A stretch of 64,000 nucleotides of DNA from NCBI GenBank assembly GCA_002269645.1, contig NIVC01002901.1:62001-126000 (forward strand), in the 5' to 3' direction. The stretch is from Macrostomum lignano (Eukaryota). Position 1 is the stretch's first letter, and each line of letters opens with the position of its first letter. The notes beneath the pieces are model-generated. The model was not told where the DNA came from. It made no database searches and saw only the letters and a list, made by a program, of their open reading frames with translations. The position numbers and the translations under genes were made by a program. This document shows, piece after piece, positions 38,411-51,555 of the stretch.

Positions 38411-38704
38411 GATGAGCGGCGGCTGCTCAGTTCAGTGCGGCGGCCTGGCAAATCGCTGGCTGCATTGCACTGATCTATGCGCAGCAAGTTAAGCAGATTT
38501 GGTGGCGGTTAGTACTCAACCGTGCTCTGTACGGGCTGCAGTTAGCCAACTCTGCAGCGAATCAGGCGCGCACGGCTGCTGCATTTTCTATTCAATATCC
38601 AATAGAAATGATCCGGACTCTTTCTAGTGCAGTCAATAAAGCTTCATGATTTTGACTTTGCTCAAACCTGCGGCAACTACAGCTTTTACCTGAACTCCTA
38701 ACTT

Positions 38705-39415
38705 GACTCATATCATCACCGACTCAAATCATCACCGACTCATATTATCACTGGCTCACTTACATCATCACTGACTCACTCACATCATCACTGACTCTCA
38801 TCACTGACTCACTTACATCATCAGACTCTCATCACTGACTCACTTACATTATCACTGACTCCCTAACATCGCTGCCTCATATAACCACTGACTCACTCAA
38901 ATCATCACTGACTCACTCACATAATCACTGACTCACTCACATCATCACTGACTCTCATCACTGACTCACTTACATTATCTCTGACTCCTAACATCACTGC
39001 CTCATATAACCACTGACTCACATCATCAATGACTCACTCACATCATCACTGACTCACTCACATCATCACTGACTCTCATCACTGACTCACTTACATCATC
39101 AGACTCTCATCACTGACTCACTTACATTATCACTGACTCCCTAACATCGCTGCCTCATATAACCACTGACTCACTCAAATCATCACTGACTCACTCACAT
39201 AATCACTGACTCACTCACATCATCACTGACTCTCATCACTGACTCACTTACATTATCTCTGACTCCTAACATCACTGCCTCATATAACCACTGACTCACA
39301 TCATCAATGACTCACTCACATTATCACTGACTCACTCACATCATTACTGACTCTCATCATGACTGACTCATCACTGCCTCATATAACCACCGACTCACAT
39401 CACCACTGACTCATA
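38705..39415 (+). repeat. Degenerate ~20-bp array (TCACTGACTCACTCACATCA) with a higher-order block duplication
   Basis: Visible repeats; a block of about 280 bp recurs (about 38790 versus about 39070). Confidence 0.85.
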
Positions 39416-40009
39416 TAGAGTAACCTAATACGCGGAGTGACAATCAACAGTGACCTAAGCAAGACACCTATGGTACGCAAAGCCAAACCTGTTGCGCAAG
39501 CAGCCTCATCGCGGACTCCCAGCTGCCGGCAGCGGCGTGATCAATCCTTACTGACTCACATCACCCTGACTCATATCCTTACTGACTCACTCACATCATC
39601 ACTGACCTAAAAGAATCAATGACAAGTAAAGGGAAATACCAAATTGGAAAGCAACAAATTTATTTTCATCCAGCACAGTGTTGGCTCTGCAAACACGTAA
39701 AGGGGATTTAAACAAACTGAAACAGGGAAAAACACCGCAGAAAAACCTCGGATCGAGAACAAAAAACAACTTGAAATTTTAGCGAATCGTCATAATAACA
39801 ACTCAGATATAAATATGACTAACTGATCCGCCAACTCGCACAAAACTGACAAGGAAATCTTCTCTGGATTTTGTTGCCGAGCTAAAAATGTTCAATTTAT
39901 CAAATTTTACGCTGGCATTTTTGATGCGCTGGCAAACTGAGTAGCGGCAGTCCGCATTGCCAGCCACGGTTTTTGAAGGTTTCAAGTTCTCCCCAGCCTA
40001 CTGGGTGCA

Positions 40010-43000
40010 GGGATTGATGCAGGGACTGATGGGTGAAGGGAATCATGCAGGGATCGGGAAAGGGACTGATGGGTAAATGGATGATGCAGGGAATGGGGAA
40101 GGGAATAATGCAGGGATTGGGGAAGGGAATGATGCAGGGATTGGGGAAGGGAATGATGCAGGGATCGGGAAAGGGACTGATGGGTAAATGGATGATGCAG
40201 GGATTGGGGAAGGGACTGATGCAGGGATTGGGGAAGGGACTGATGCAGGGATAGGGAAGGGACTGATGCAGGGATTGGGGAAGGGACTGATGCAGGGATA
40301 GGGAAGGGACTGATGCAGGGATTGGGGAAGGGACTGATGCCGGGATTGGGGAAGGGACTGATGCAGGGATTGGGGAAGGGACTGATGCAGGGATTGGGGA
40401 AGGGACTGATGCAGGGATTGGGGAAGGGACTGATGCAGGGATAGGGGAAGGGACTGATGCCGGGATTGGGGAAGGGACTGATGCAGGGATTGGGGAAGGG
40501 ACTGATGCCGGGATTGGGGAAGGGACTGATGCAGGGATTGGGGAAGGGACTGATGCAGGGATTGGGGAAGGGACTGATGCCGGGATTGGGGAAGGGACTG
40601 ATGCAGGGATTGGGGAAGGGACTGATGCCGGGATTGGGGAAGGGACTGATGCAGGGATTGGGGAAGGGACTGATGCAGGGATTGGGGAAGGGACTGATGC
40701 AGGGATTGGTGAATGTTAAATTGCAAAATCCAGACCATAGGAATTTCAATGGTGTGCCTGTGTTTGCCAGCTACCTGGAAGCGGCTCACAGCGGCTCACA
40801 GAGGGGTCTGCAGACGCATCATAATGGTGACCATCAAAAAGGTTATCAATGAAAACGCGAGGCCCAACTCGAGCCAAACCGATCGCGGAAAATTTTTGAC
40901 CTTTTATAAAAATTACAAAGTCACATAATGCAATAGAAGTTTGAATAACTAAACATCGGAATATAAACTAGCAAACACGGAGGCGGCAGCTACGTGGCTG
41001 GTGCAGTATTTATACAGGTGAGAACATTAACTGACTAATAAGCCACCGCGTATTTTATTAGACATAAGGGTCTGCTTGGCAACTACAGAAGGTAGGCGTT
41101 TCTGGAGCGGTCAGGTGCCTGCGTGCCATTCCCGAGCTGCGAGTCTCGGCAGGGAATGATGCAGGGATCGGGGATGGGAATGATGCAGGGATTGGGGAAG
41201 GGACTGATGCAGGGATTGGGGAAGGGACTGATGCAGGGATTGGGGAAGGGACTGATGCAGGGATTGGGGAAGGGACTGATGCAGGGATTGGGGAAGGGAC
41301 TGATGCAGGGATTGGGGAAGGGACTGATGCAGGGATTGGGGAAGGGACTGATGCAGGGATTGGGGAAGGGAATGATGCAGGGATTGGGGAAGGGACTGAT
41401 GCAGGGATTGGGGAAGGGACTGATGCCGGGATTGGGGAAGGGACTGATGCAGGGATTGGGGAAGGGACTGATGCAGGGATTGGGGAAGGGACTGATGCAG
41501 GGATTGGGGAAGGGACTGATGCAGGGATTGGGGAAGGGACTGATGCAGGGATTGGGGAAGGGACTGATGCCGGGATTGGGGAAGGGACTGATGCAGGGAT
41601 TGGGGAAGGGACTGATGCCGGGATTGGGGAAGGGACTGATGCAGGGATTGGGGAAGGGACTGATGCAGGGATTGGTGAATGTTAAATTGCAAAATCCAGA
41701 CCATAGGAATTTCAATGGTGTGCCTGTGTTTGCCAGCTACCTGGAAGCGGCTCACAGCGGCTCACAGAGGGGTCTGCAGACGCATCATAATGGTGACCAT
41801 CAAAAAGGTTATCAATGAAAACGCGAGGCCCAACTCGAGCCAAACCGATCGCGGAAAATTTTTGACCTTTTATAAAAATTACAAAGTCACATAATGCAAT
41901 AGAAGTTTGAATAACTAAACATCGGAATATAAACTAGCAAACACGGAGGCGGCAGCTACGTGGCTGGTGCAGTATTTATACAGGTGAGAACATTAACTGA
42001 CTAATAAGCCACCGCGTATTTTATTAGACATAAGGGTCTGCTTGGCAACTACAGAAGGTAGGCGTTTCTGGAGCGGTCAGGTGCCTGCGTGCCATTCCCG
42101 AGCTGCGAGTCTCGGCAGGGAATGATGCAGGGATCGGGGATGGGAATGATGCAGGGATTGGGGAAGGGACTGATGCAGGGATTGGGGAAGGGACTGATGC
42201 AGGGATTAGAGAAGGGAGTGATGCAGGGATTGGGAAAGGGAATGATGCAGGGATCGGGGAAGGGAATGATGTAAGGAATGAGGAAGGGAATGATAAAGGG
42301 ATCGGGGAAGGGAATGATGTAAGGAATGAGGAAGGGAATGATAAAGGGATCGGGGAAGGGAATGATGTAAGGAATGAGGAAGGGAATGATACAGGGATCG
42401 GGGAAGGGAATGATGTAAGGAATGAGGAAGGGAATGATACAGGGATCGGGGAAGGGAATGATGTAAGGAATGAGGAAGGGAATTATACAGGGATCGGGGA
42501 AGGGAATGATGTAAGGAATGAGGAAGGGAATTATACAGGAATCGGGAAGGGAATGATGTAAGGAATGAGGAAGGGAATTATACAGGGATCGGGGAAGGGA
42601 ATGATGTAAGGAATGAGGAAGGGAATTATACAGGGATCGGGGAAGGGAATGATGTAAGGAATGAGGAAGGGAATGATAAAGGGATCGGGGAAGGGAATGA
42701 TGTAAGGAATGAGGAAGGGAATGATACAGGGATCGGGGAAGGGAATGATGTAAGGAATGAGGAAGGGAATTATACAGGGATCGGGGAAGGGAATGATGTA
42801 AGGAATGAGGAAGGGAATTATACAGGGATCGGGGAAGGGAATGATGTAAGGAATGAGGAAGGGAATTATACAGGGATCGGGGAAGGGAATGATGTAAGGA
42901 ATGAGGAAGGGAATGATACAGGGATCGGGGAAGGGAATGATGTAAGGAATGAGGAAGGGAATTATACAGGGATCGGGGAAGGGAATGATGTAAGGAATGA

Positions 43001-43225
43001 GGAAGGGAATTATACAGGGATCGGGGAAGGGAATGATGTAAGGAATGAGGAAGGGAATGATAAAGGGATCGGGGAAGGGAATGATGTAAGGAATGAGGAA
43101 GGGAATGATACAGGGATCGGGGAAGGGAATGATGTAAGGAATGAGGAAGGGAATTATACAGGGATCGGGGAAGGGAATGATGTAAGGAATGAGGAAGGGA
43201 ATGATGCAGGGATCGGGGAAGGAAG
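40010..43225 (+). repeat. 24-bp G-rich satellite (GATGCAGGGATTGGGGAAGGGACT), becoming a 48-bp higher-order unit after about 42260, interrupted twice by the same ~445-bp unique spacer
   Basis: Spacer copies at about 40708-41150 and 41674-42116 (offset 966 bp; identical ORFs at 40713 and 41679 in the track). Confidence 0.95.
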
Positions 43226-44285
43226 CGATGCAGTGACTAGGAGATACTGTGTGGTACAGCCGGTCAGAGCAGCACGCAGGCCACCAGAAAGAGGCGGCAA
43301 GGGTTGGGGTTCAGTTAAAGCAGCAATTGAAACGGGAGGATAAACAATTAATATTAATAATTCTAGCGAGAAAGCGCCGAAAGAGTTCGAGCAAAATAAA
43401 TGAAGAAATAAATGAATTGCAAGTTCAGAGAGCAAGGATCAGAGCGCTTGAAATTGAGAAAATAGCAATACAGTCTGCCGAGAGCGGAGCAGTAGTATGT
43501 GCAGCGCATTTGCAGAATAGTTTAAACAGTTTCACCAAGATAAACTGCAAGCAGGGAGAAAAATTGATTACAGTTGTGGGACTCGGCAGTCGGAACTGAA
43601 TTACAGAATAATTACAAATTCCGACAGGGGCGCAGAAGTCAACAAGTAATCGATTGAAGAGGCCGCATAGTTACACAATTAGTTATACTGCGAACTTTCT
43701 ATTTATTTCATTCTAACAATACTCAGTGAAAATAAAATACCAAGAAGCAAATTTGGAAAGGCATTTGGTTTAATTAATATTAAATTTTTATTAAAAGCAG
43801 TTCGAGTGTGTCGAGCGCGCAGGGTTGAATTAAGGTTCAGATTTCTACAGAAAGCGCGGGCCATGGCAGTGAAAACAAATGAATTTCAAATTGAAAAATA
43901 GGCTAGATTAAAGATTTAATTTGCAATACAACTGACTATTGAAACTGTGTGCAGCAGAGACTTAGAGGGGCTGAGTGTCAGTAAGTACATTTCTGAGTTC
44001 TGAAGTTCACCTTGCAGCTAAATAATGAATGGTACATATGGGAGCGCAACTGCGTTAAACTAATTTTAATTGTACAGATAAAATATGCCGCTCTCTCTCC
44101 TACTGACCGATTAGAATGCTCAGTAGACTACTAATAGTAGCCTGGTAGACTATCGTTCCGGGTTTAATGCAAAAGCAGTCAAACAAATCACATTGGTGTT
44201 AAAGAGAACATTAAAATAATCTTTTTCTCTGACACATTGATGTGCATCAGTTTGTTGCTGAATGATAAAGGGCTCTGGTGCAGAG

Positions 44286-44575
44286 ACTGATGCAGGGATG
44301 TCTGTAGGGTTGATGCAGGGATGTCTGTAGGGTTGATGCAGGGATGGCTGTAGGGTTGATGCAGGGATGTCTGTAGGGTTGATGCAGGGATGTCTGTAGG
44401 GTTGATGCAGGGATGGCTGTAGGGTTGATGCAGGGATGGCTGTAGGGTTGATGCAGGGATGGCTGTAGGGTTGATGCAGGGATGGCTGTAGGGTTGATGC
44501 AGAGATGGCTGTAGGGTTGATGCAGGGATGGCTGTAGGGTTGATGCAGGGATGGCTGTAGGGTTGATGCAGGGAT
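44286..44575 (+). repeat. 23-bp minisatellite (GATGCAGGGATGGCTGTAGGGTT) just 3' of the TENT4 stop
   Basis: About 12 copies; shares GATGCAGGGAT with the 40-43 kb satellite. Confidence 0.93.
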
Positions 44576-44607
44576 GACCGGCAGCCGACACTGCCGCAGC
44601 GCTGAGC

Positions 44608-47600
44608 TCAGCCGCTGGCGATGGCGAGGGCCGGCATTGACGTGGCCGACTGCGCCGCCTCCGAGCTGCCGCCGCCGATGACTTCGGCGCTACCGACGCT
44701 GCTGCTGCTCCCGCCGCTGCCCCGACGCTGCGGAGGCGGCGGTCGCTTCGCCACAGACGCGTAGGATGGCCGCGGTGGCGGCGGAGGAGGCTGAGGCGAC
44801 ACCGGCAGGAGCTCCGGCGGCTGCTCAGCCGCTGAGTTCGGACTCTCCGCGGTCGCTGCCGATGCAGGACGCGGAGGAGGCGGCGGCGAAGGCGGGGCGA
44901 AGGCGCGCTGCACCCAGGCCCGGAAGCGAAGGACGTCCTCGGAGACGCGAATGATGCGGGACAGCGGCGAGTAGGCCGCGGCGGCCGCGCCGGCCCGCTG
45001 AGGCAGCAGCTGCAGCACCGAGCTGCTGAGGGACCAGTAGGCCGACTGGAAGGCCTGCTGCACCTGTGCGAACGGGTCGGAGTAGCGGGGCGGTGAGAAC
45101 TGAAGCCGCTATGGAGGAACTCCTCATTGTTAAAGCCTGCTATAGTGCTAGGCTAGACTAGCCTGACAGACAGACAGGCAGGCAGACAAACAGACAGACA
45201 GTGCTGTGCAGGCAGTTAAGCAGACAGACAGACAGACAGTGCAGGCAGTGAAGCAGACAGACACTGAAGCAGACAGACAGTGCAGGCAGTGAAGCAGACA
45301 GACACTGAAGCAGACAGACAGTGCAGGCAGTGAAGCAGACAGACACTGAAGCAGACAGACACAGGAGCAGACACTGAAGCAGACAGACACTGAAGCAGAC
45401 AGACACAGGAGCAGACAGACACTGAAGCAGACAGACACTGAAGCAGACAGACACAGGAGCAGACAGACACTGAAGCAGACAGACACTGAAGCAGACAGAC
45501 ACTGGAGTAGACAGACACTGAAGCAGACAGACACTGAAGCAGACAGACACTGGAGTAGACAGACACTGAAGCAGACAGACACTGAAGCAGACAGACACTG
45601 GAGTAGACAGACACTGAAGCAGACAGACACTGAAGCAGACAGACACTGGAGTAGACACTGAGCTCAGACTATGCCGCAGCGCACCTGCAGCGCCCCATAG
45701 GAGCTCCTGCCGATGTCGTTGCCGGGCGTGAGGGGATCCTCAATGCAGAGCACGGAGGGCCGTAGCCCGGGCTCCATGTCTCTCAGCAGCTGCTCCTTGG
45801 GCAGGTGGGCTCCGCCGTCCTTCACCCGAATGCCGGTGCTCATGTAGTCGAACCGGCAGCCGTAGAGCTCGAAGAACTCCACCAGCAGCTGGCCGAGGTC
45901 GAGCTCGGCAACTGGCCGGCTGAGGTCGGAGCCGTGCCGCTGCAGGAACGACACAATCATGAGAGTCAGCGAGTAGGACGAAATGCCGCCCGTCCAGACT
46001 TCGTTGAGATTTCTCTGCAGCAGGAACTGCTTGAGCACCAGCACCAGGTGAGGCAGGCAGGGGAACTGCTGCACAAATTCCTGGATGAGACCGGCCGCCC
46101 TGACGCTGTTCGGCATGTTGAAGCTGATGTCGACGCTCAGGCCGGTGACGGCGTCGGTCGCCTTGACAATGGGGACGCTGGCCCGGTCCAGCACTTTGAT
46201 GTCGCCGCAGCTGCCGCTCTCCCGGAGTAGCCGGGCCAGCCGGCGGAGCGGCGGGGACTCCCAGTCGCCGAACAGCACCAGGTCGATGTCGGACAGCGGC
46301 AGGTACAGCCCGGTGCGAAAACTGCCGAACAGTTCGAGGCGGGCCTCCGGCCACTGCTGGTTGATCAGGCGGCGCACTCGGTCCACGACCTGGGGTGGGG
46401 TGGATGAGGGGTAGCTTTGGTGGATGAGGGGTAGCTTTGGTGGATGAGGAGTAGCTTTGGTGGATGAGGGGTAGCTTTGGTGGATGAGGGGTAGCTTTGG
46501 TGGATGAGGAGTAGCTTTGGTGGATGAGGGGTAGCTTTGGTGGATGAGGGGTAGCTTTGGTGGATGAGGGGTAGCTTTGGTGGATGAGGGGTAGCTTTGG
46601 TGGATGAGGAGTAGCTTTGGTGGATGATGGGTAGCTTTGGTGGATGATGGGTAGCTTTGGTGGATGATGGGTAGCTTTGGTGGATGATGGGTAGCTTTGG
46701 TGGATGAGGAGTAGCTTTGGTGGATGATGGGTAGCTTTGGTGGATGAGGAGTAGCTTTGGTGGATGAGGAGTAGCTTTGGTGGATGAGGAGTAGCTTTGG
46801 TGGATGAGGAGTAGCTTTGGTGGATGAGGAGTAGCTTTGGTGGATGAGGGGTAGCTTTGGTGGATGATGGGTAGCTTTGGTGGATGATGGGTAGCTTTGG
46901 TGGATGAGGAGTGGCTTTGGTGGATGAGGAGTGGCTTTGGTGGATGAGGAGTAGCTTTGGTGGATGAGGAGTAGCTTTGGTGGATGAGGAGTAGCTTTGG
47001 TGGATGAGGGGTAGCTGTGGGTGGATAATTGGTAGCTTTGGTGGATGAGGGGTAGCTTTGGTGGATGATGGGTAGCTTTGGTGGATGAGGGGTAGCTTTG
47101 GTGGATGATGGGTAGCTTTGGTGGATGATGGGTAGCTTTGGTGGATGAGGAGTGGCTTTGGTGGATGAGGAGTGGCTTTGGTGGATGAGGAGTAGCTTTG
47201 GTGGATGAGGGGTAGCTGTGGGTGGATAATTGGTAGCTTTGGTGGATGAGGGGTAGCTTTGGTGGATGAGGGGTAGCTTTGGTGGATGAGGAGTAGCTTT
47301 GGTGGATGAGGGGTAGCTTTGGTGGATGATGGGTAGCTTTGGTGGATGATGGGTAGCTTTGGTGGATGAGGAGTGGCTTTGGTGGATGAGGAGTAGCTTT
47401 GGTGGATGAGGAGTAGCTTTGGTGGATGAGGAGTAGCTTTGGTGGATGAGGGGTAGCTGTGGGTGGATAATTGGTAGCTTTGGTGGATGAGGGGTAGCTT
47501 TGGTGGATGAGGGGTAGCTTTGGTGGATGATTGGTAGCTATTGGTAAACTTTTAAAGAAAAATTGATGGGCAATTAAAGAAAAAGCGAGAAAAATAGTAA

Positions 47601-49377
47601 ATTGCGCTTGTAATTACAAAGTCAGCCCAGTCAAAAACACCTGAGGTAGAAAATCTGCCTGGAAGCAGAGACAGCTGAGCTAAACATAGCCAGGACTGCC
47701 TTTGATACTTTGAAAAGCCAGGCAGCTGAGGCAGCGGAACTTATACAGCTCGCGTGTGTAGCTTATCTGAATAGTTAGTTAAACTGGGCGCGTGATGAAG
47801 AGTCTAAGAGGCACATCAGAGCGATGGGCCAAAGCAGTTGGGCTTATCAAGCAGTTTCTCGCTCAAAGAAAACAATTTTTAAGTCCTCTGAAAGAAGTCT
47901 ATACACCCAGGTTATCCTAGGATTTCAGATTTTCCGGTTTCTTTTTTTCAGAATTTTTAAAGGCGTTTCTTGCAAGTGCTTTAGGGGATCTGAAGCCTGA
48001 GGGCGATTCTCATAGGGATTTTTTAAGGGCGATTATGATAGGGATTTTTTTAGGGTGATTCTCATAGGGATTTTTCTGAGGGCGATTCTTATAGGGATTT
48101 TTAGGGCAATTCTCATTTGGAATCCTTAAAGGCCAATTCTCACAGGGAATCTTCTGAGGGCGATTCTCACAGGGAATCTTCTGAGGGCGATTCTCACAGG
48201 GAATCTTCTGAGGGCGATTCTCATAGGGATTTTTCTGAGGGCGATTCTCATAGGGATTTTTCTGAGGGCGACTGTCATTGGGAATCCTTTAAGGCCAATT
48301 CTCATAGGGGGGGGTTTTCTGAGGGCGATTCCCATAGGGATTTTTCTGAGGGCAACTGTCATTGGGAATCCTTTAAGGCCAATTCTCATAGGGGGGGTTT
48401 TCTGAGGGCGATTCCCATAGGGATTTTTCTGAGGGCAACTGTCATTGGGAATCCTTTAAGGCCAATTCTCATAGGGGGGGTTTTCTGAGGGCGATTCCCA
48501 TAGGGATTTTTCTGAGGGCAACTGTCATTGGGAATCCTTTAAGGCCAATTCTCATAGGGAAGCTTCTGAGGGCGATTCTCATAGGAATTCTTCTGAGGGC
48601 GATTCTCATAGGGATTCTTCTGATGGCGATTCTCATAGGGATTTTTCTAAAGGCCATTCTGAAAATGATTCTAGGGCTTTCGTAGGGTTCATAAAAAAGC
48701 TTCAAGTAACGCAGGTTTTTTACCTGCGTCCGCATCACGGCCTCCTCCGGTGTTGGCGACATCCACTGGTGGAACAGCAGCAGCTCCTCGTGCAGCCCCT
48801 GCGGCCCCTGACCTGCCTGCCGGCGCTCCGGGCCGAGCCAAGCTGCTGTCATGGCAACAGGCGGCTGGTTCTGGCAGCCCTGTTGCTGGTGCTCCGAGCC
48901 CCGGCCCTGCTGCCGGTTCCACTGTTGCTGCGGCCCCCAATTCGGGCCGGCCGACCACCGACTCTGCGATGACCGACGCCGGCCTCCGCCCGCCGCGCAG
49001 ACCCCAGCAACAGCGGACTGTTCGGACGGCGGGCTGCCAGTGCCGCCGCCGCAGCTCGAGTTGCCATCCTCGGATTCTTCCGACTGGTCAGAGGAGCCGC
49101 AGTTGCCGCCGATGCCACCAGCGGCGCCGCCGAGGGTGCCGGCAATGTAGGCGGGGCTGTTGAGCAGCAGCCGGCCAAGGTGCTGCTGCTGAGCCGCCAG
49201 CCGCTGATGCTGCAGTTCCCGGAAAAATGCCTGCATCTGCGGGCCGCACATCAGCGCCGAGGGAGACAGCTGCAGATGCGGGTGAGACTTCTCCCACACG
49301 TGAGTCCACAGCTTGAAGGAGGCGGATGCGAGCAGCTCTGATTGGTGGTTGTACGGGTACGCCAGGCGCGGGTCCAT
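44608..49377 (-). CDS. TENT4: Non-canonical poly(A) polymerase, TENT4/PAPD5-PAPD7 (Trf4-like); 3 exons, 604 aa
   Basis: Exons 49377-48724, 46389-45685 and 45063-44608, all phase 0 GT-AG. The product reads GLHEELLLFHQWMSPTPEE...|VVDRV...FGSFRTGLYLPLSDIDLV (GS...DID nucleotidyltransferase motif)...ASVPIVK...DISFN...LVLKQFLLQRNLNEVWTGGISSYSL...LLVEFFELYG...LCIEDPLTPGNDIGRSSYGALQ|VQQAFQSAY. Confidence 0.95.
45165..45660 (+). repeat. 16-bp-based repeat (AGACAGACACTGAAGC and variants) in TENT4 intron 2
   Basis: Directly visible. Confidence 0.93.
46398..47540 (+). repeat. 20-bp minisatellite (GGTGGATGAGGRGTAGCTTT) in TENT4 intron 1
   Basis: About 55 copies, starting less than 10 nt from the exon-2 acceptor. 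Confidence 0.97.
48000..48660 (+). repeat. 27-bp minisatellite (CTCATAGGGATTTTTCTGAGGGCGATT) with higher-order blocks, in TENT4 intron 1
   Basis: Directly visible. Confidence 0.92.
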
Positions 49378-50219
49378 CTGGACTGCTGAACTGCCGAGTG
49401 AAGCTGTAAGGCCGACTCCCGCCCGAGTAGCGATGGGGATAAATGCCGAGACAAGCGACTTTGTACAGATGGAGATGAAGGAGGCTGAGGACGAGGTTAA
49501 AGCAGGAGGGCGCCGAGACGGACTGGAGCAAGAGATGTCGGATGCACACTTGGAGATCTTGAGGCGCAGAACGACAGGAGGGGGCTGCTCAGTTGCTGCT
49601 GCTGCTGTGGACGGCCGTTGGGCAACTTATTGCCTGGACCTGAAAGACAATTTAATAGCTCATTGTGATTGCAGCATTTAATTCTCATTCAGTCATTGCA
49701 ATGAGGGCCTTGAAGATAAGCTACACAGTGGTTGCCCAGCAGCAGAACTTGATGATATCACACTGCAGCAGCTGTTCAAGCGGGTCCAGCGGGAGTGTTG
49801 CACAATTTGCTAGAATGTGATCTTCACATTGAGCAAGAAGCTACATCTGGTGGGGCTGGGTACTCTAGCAGCTAAGCACCCATGATCTTGATCAATATAT
49901 TGAGGTTTCTTGCACTACTTTCCAAACCCTGCTACTGTCTACATGTCTTATCTACAATTTGAAAAATCAAAGATCCCCATTTTAGCACAATCTGTTATTA
50001 CTTTACACTCATATTTTCAGGAATTCTTCATTAAATAATGACAAAAAATATATCATATGGAACTTATTACTTAAACAAGATTTTACTAAAGTACTAATAT
50101 ATCAATGATAAAGTGAGGCAAATATAATATAATTTATGTTTTCAGTTTAAGAAATTGTTATAAAGAGATTATCTTTTAAAAATATAGAAATTAGTTTTAG
50201 CAATTGTAGTAATAAAGAT

Positions 50220-50860
50220 ATATGACAAATAGAAACTAATCAAAAGGGCAAAAGATCAAAAGGGCAAAAGATCAAAAGGGCAACAGTCAATATATTTATT
50301 GGAATTGCAATTTCACAATTAGACTTGTATTATAAAATGCATTTATTAATGCATGAGTGGTTAAAATATAGTAGTTGAGACTAGTTAAGACTACTCTTCT
50401 TCTAGAAGAACTAATACAATTGCAATATGTATTGTTAAAGAATGAAGTGAGATGTAAAAAAGACTGAAAATCAGGTATATTTTTGGATAAAAAACAAGAT
50501 TTAAGAGTTGTGCAAGATTGCTAGAAATATAATATATATATATATATATGTGCGCAAGTTTTTGTCAAGGTATATAGAATAGAATTTATCCAAGATTTTG
50601 CATAAAAATTCTATCCTGGAACAATGAGATCACACAATAGCAATATTGCACTCTCCAGCATCTAGACTATTATGCATGTAGAATACTTAATAAGTCTAAT
50701 ATTTCAACAAATGTAAGTCTTAATACATTTTAACTACTTGTAAATTTAAAAAAAATAAGTCTAATACATGTGAATATAGTGATTGTTGCCTTTTGACTAT
50801 AGCCTTTTGCATACTGACCTTATGATTGTCAACTTTTTGATCTATTGCCAAACAATACTA
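50220..50860. mobile_element. Possible decayed MITE with repeat-containing inverted ends
   Basis: GGGCAAAAGATCAAAA repeats ending AAAAGGGCAACAGTCA (about 50240-50290) have a degenerate inverted counterpart TGATTGTTGCCTTTTGA...TTTTTGATCTATTGCC (about 50780-50850). No TSD was identified. Confidence 0.35.
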
Positions 50861-51199
50861 GATATTGCTTTGAATTTATTAATAATCTTGACTATATAAA
50901 TATTATAAATTTGAGATTGTTTAAAAAATCAAAAACAAAGCCAAAATTTACTTTTAGAATGATTCAAATAGTAATAAAAAAGTAGTTAAATAAATTTAAA
51001 TTTATAATTTAATAAAGATTAGGCCTTTCAACCTTAAAATTACATATATTATTAGGGGACAATCAACTAAAAATGATAATTAGTTTTTAAATATTATTCA
51101 ATTTGATTTAAAAGAAACTAAGGCAACTACTACAATGATGTGAAATACGAGGCTGTTTAACTACACGGAAATGTTCTATAGTTCTATGCTTCAATGTAG

Positions 51200-51555
51200 G
51201 GGGCCGTAGCCCAGCGGTAGCGCAGCTGCTTTGGTGTGCCACAATCCAGGCTTGATTCCAAGTGCAGCCACATTAATTTGGGGCTGGATTGGAATCTTGG
51301 CTTGGCTCGCTTGTGCAATTAACGGCCTTGAGAACCAACCCCCAAGGCGTAGTGAAGTGTACATACCTAACAATTGATAAAGTTAGGGCCGCTGTACACT
51401 CCTGTGTGAGTGTGTGCCTGCGTAACGTATCCGCGCGCTTGTATGCCTGCTCAGGGGAGTTGGCGGAATGGGCAGTAATGCCTCTCGCCAGTTGTGTGAC
51501 AATGTCGCTTAAATTGCGCCAGGGTGCATACAACCTCCCTGCCTCTAATAAAAAA
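51200..51555 (+). mobile_element. tRNA-derived SINE (about 356 bp)
   Basis: tRNA-like head GGGGCCGTAGCCCAGCGGTAG with Pol III A box TAGCCCAGCGG (51207-51217) and degenerate B box GGCTTGATTCC (51249-51259). It has an A-rich tail AATAAAAAA and a TSD ATG(C/T)TTCAATGTAG at 51186-51199 and 51556-51569. Confidence 0.85.

Noticed and set aside
51200-51272. Functional tRNA gene
   Set aside because: The B box is degenerate, I could not form a clean cloverleaf or acceptor stem, and the sequence continues into a body, A-tail and TSD, so it is a SINE head.
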